In this document: positions 62,305-64,000 of the stretch, one piece after another
Position numbering within the stretch: position 1 is the first letter of the stretch
How the letters are laid out: every line of letters starts with the position of its first letter
DNA from: Piromyces finnis finn
Lineage: Eukaryota; Fungi; Neocallimastigomycota
Length of the DNA stretch: 64,000 nt
NCBI GenBank assembly: GCA_002104945.1
Contig: MCFH01000015.1
Span: forward strand, 310,001-374,000
Direction of reading: 5' to 3'
The notes under the pieces: generated by a model
Told to the model about the DNA's origin: nothing
What the model saw: the letters and a program-made list of their open reading frames with translations, nothing else
Databases searched by the model: none
Program-made: the position numbers and the translations under genes

Positions 62305-64000
62305 ATGCAAGTTGAAACATTACCAGTAACTGAAACTAGAAGAACGAAAAGACATGATTTTCATACTATTTCTACCTCGAAAAATATTTCAAAAGAAAAA
62401 TTAAATTATATTAGTAAAGAATTCTCAAAAGAAGATCTTAAAAATGATTTAAAAGTCAAAATAAATAATGGTGATACAACATCTAAACCAAAAAAAGTGA
62501 AGAATTCATTAAATTCTGTAAGAATTTTAATATTTTATTTTAGTCAATTTTTATTTATTTTTTTTTTAAATACTGCATAAATATAAATATTTTTATTTCC
62601 CAATGTTATTTATATTTTTTTTATTTAATATCTTCTACTTTTTGTTAATTATACAATATTATTAATTTAATTATTATTTTGTTAATAGACTTTTTTTTAA
62701 TATTAAATAAATGTCCTCTTTTTTTTTTTTAAAAAAAAAATATTAATAATTTTTTTCTTTAAAAAATATATACTTTTTAATTTTATTATATATATAATAA
62801 AAACAAATATCAACATGACTATAATCTATAATAATGTAAATCTATGATAGTTACTATTTGCAACACTATTACCTACATCTATAGTATATCCAAATGTTTT
62901 AGACTATATATGTAATAATACAAATAATACAGGTACAAAAAATACGAAAAATGATGGATTGAAAAAAAAGAATTCAAAGAAAAATAAAAAATTTTGGACA
63001 ACAATACGAAAAAAGAAGATATCGGAACTTAATATGAATGATAAAATTATATCTTCTTCAATATTAAGTCCAAACTTTGCTTCACCATCACCAACAGCAA
63101 AAGAATTGGATTTCATAAAAGAAGATGAATCTAATATTACAGATAATAATTCTTCATCTAAACTTCCTGATAATAATTTTACTGAACTTATAAATAAAGA
63201 AACTAATAAAACACCATCCATAATCATTACTCCAAAGGAGGTCTCATTAAAATCACAAGAAATTAATAATGTTAATAAAAGCAACAAAAATATACCTAAT
63301 AATGAAAAAATATCCAAAAACGAAGAAATACCTAAAGATAGTATATTATTATCGAAACCACCACTAATAAGTAAATCAAATCCTTCATTGAATAATAGTA
63401 AAACAAGTGTACTTAAAGCTTCATATATCAAGAGTGATGATTCAAATCTAACAGAATCATTAGTATTCTTTTCTTCAATTGGTATAGATGATAATAAAGA
63501 AAGGAGTTACAAGAATTCATTAAACGTTCTTAAAATGAAAAAGAATCTAAGCAGTTCTGTAACAAATATTAATACCAATGTACATAATGATACATTAAAT
63601 AAAGGATATAAAAGCTATTCCAATTTAAGTGTCGATGAAGATAAACAATCTGTTATGTATAATATAAGTCCAACATTTACTCATGGTGAACTTCATAAAA
63701 AAATAGAAGCACAAACTTATTCAGAACAAATAAGTAGTCTTAAAAATACATATATTATCACAAGGCATAATTCTATTGATAATAGAAAAGATAAAGATAA
63801 TAAGAGAAGTTCACTTATTAAGAAGTCTAATGAAAGTGTAACATCTATTAGTAAACAAAATATTTTATCTAAATCAAATAGATCATCTATGCTTCAAACT
63901 TCCCCAACAAGTAATAATGTTAATATAAAGGATTCTACATCCGATAAAGCGAATTCATTCTCTATCATAGATACCATTAAAAATACAAATGTTAATAATT
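62305..64000 (+). CDS. Partial gene for a Ser/Asn/Lys-rich low-complexity protein of unknown function, running off the window; exon 1 probably 62305-62517, exon 2 from about 62851 onward
   Basis: ORF 62305-62580 has a GTAAGA donor at 62518. A long stop-free + frame (DGLKKKNSKKNKKFWTTIRKKK...SPNFASPSPT...) continues to 64000. The acceptor position is uncertain. Confidence 0.65.

Overview
Extremely AT-rich, intron-containing eukaryotic DNA. Fungal dockerin and CBM1-GH6 genes point to an anaerobic gut fungus (Neocallimastigomycota; inference). I built gene models by hand from GT-AG junctions and checked reading-frame continuity. Genes in order: the 5' end of a secreted tandem-dockerin protein; an intronless, bacterial-looking MATE exporter; two tandem amino-acid permease paralogs that differ by one intron; a CBM1-GH6 cellulase and a neighbouring secreted histidine-phosphatase-like protein, both with Asn/Trp repeat tracts; a CPA2 K+/H+ antiporter; a small zinc-ribbon ORF; a divergent syntaxin (fragmented in the ORF track); a BolA protein; a secreted 2xLysM protein; a 9-exon protein with two tandem FYR domains; and a partial low-complexity gene at the right edge. 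The main accessory feature is a full-length 5.7-kb non-LTR retrotransposon (14688-20390). It has one intact 1507-aa ORF (APE-RT-CCHC), a poly(A) tail, an 11-bp target-site duplication (TSD) and tandem structured 124-bp monomers at its 5' end, and it sits inside a decayed AAA-ATPase-like gene. A 5'-truncated copy with its own TSD lies at 39088-40852, and a tiny poly(A)-tailed insert with a similar 3' terminus lies near 47.5 kb. I found no rRNA, tRNA or CRISPR array.
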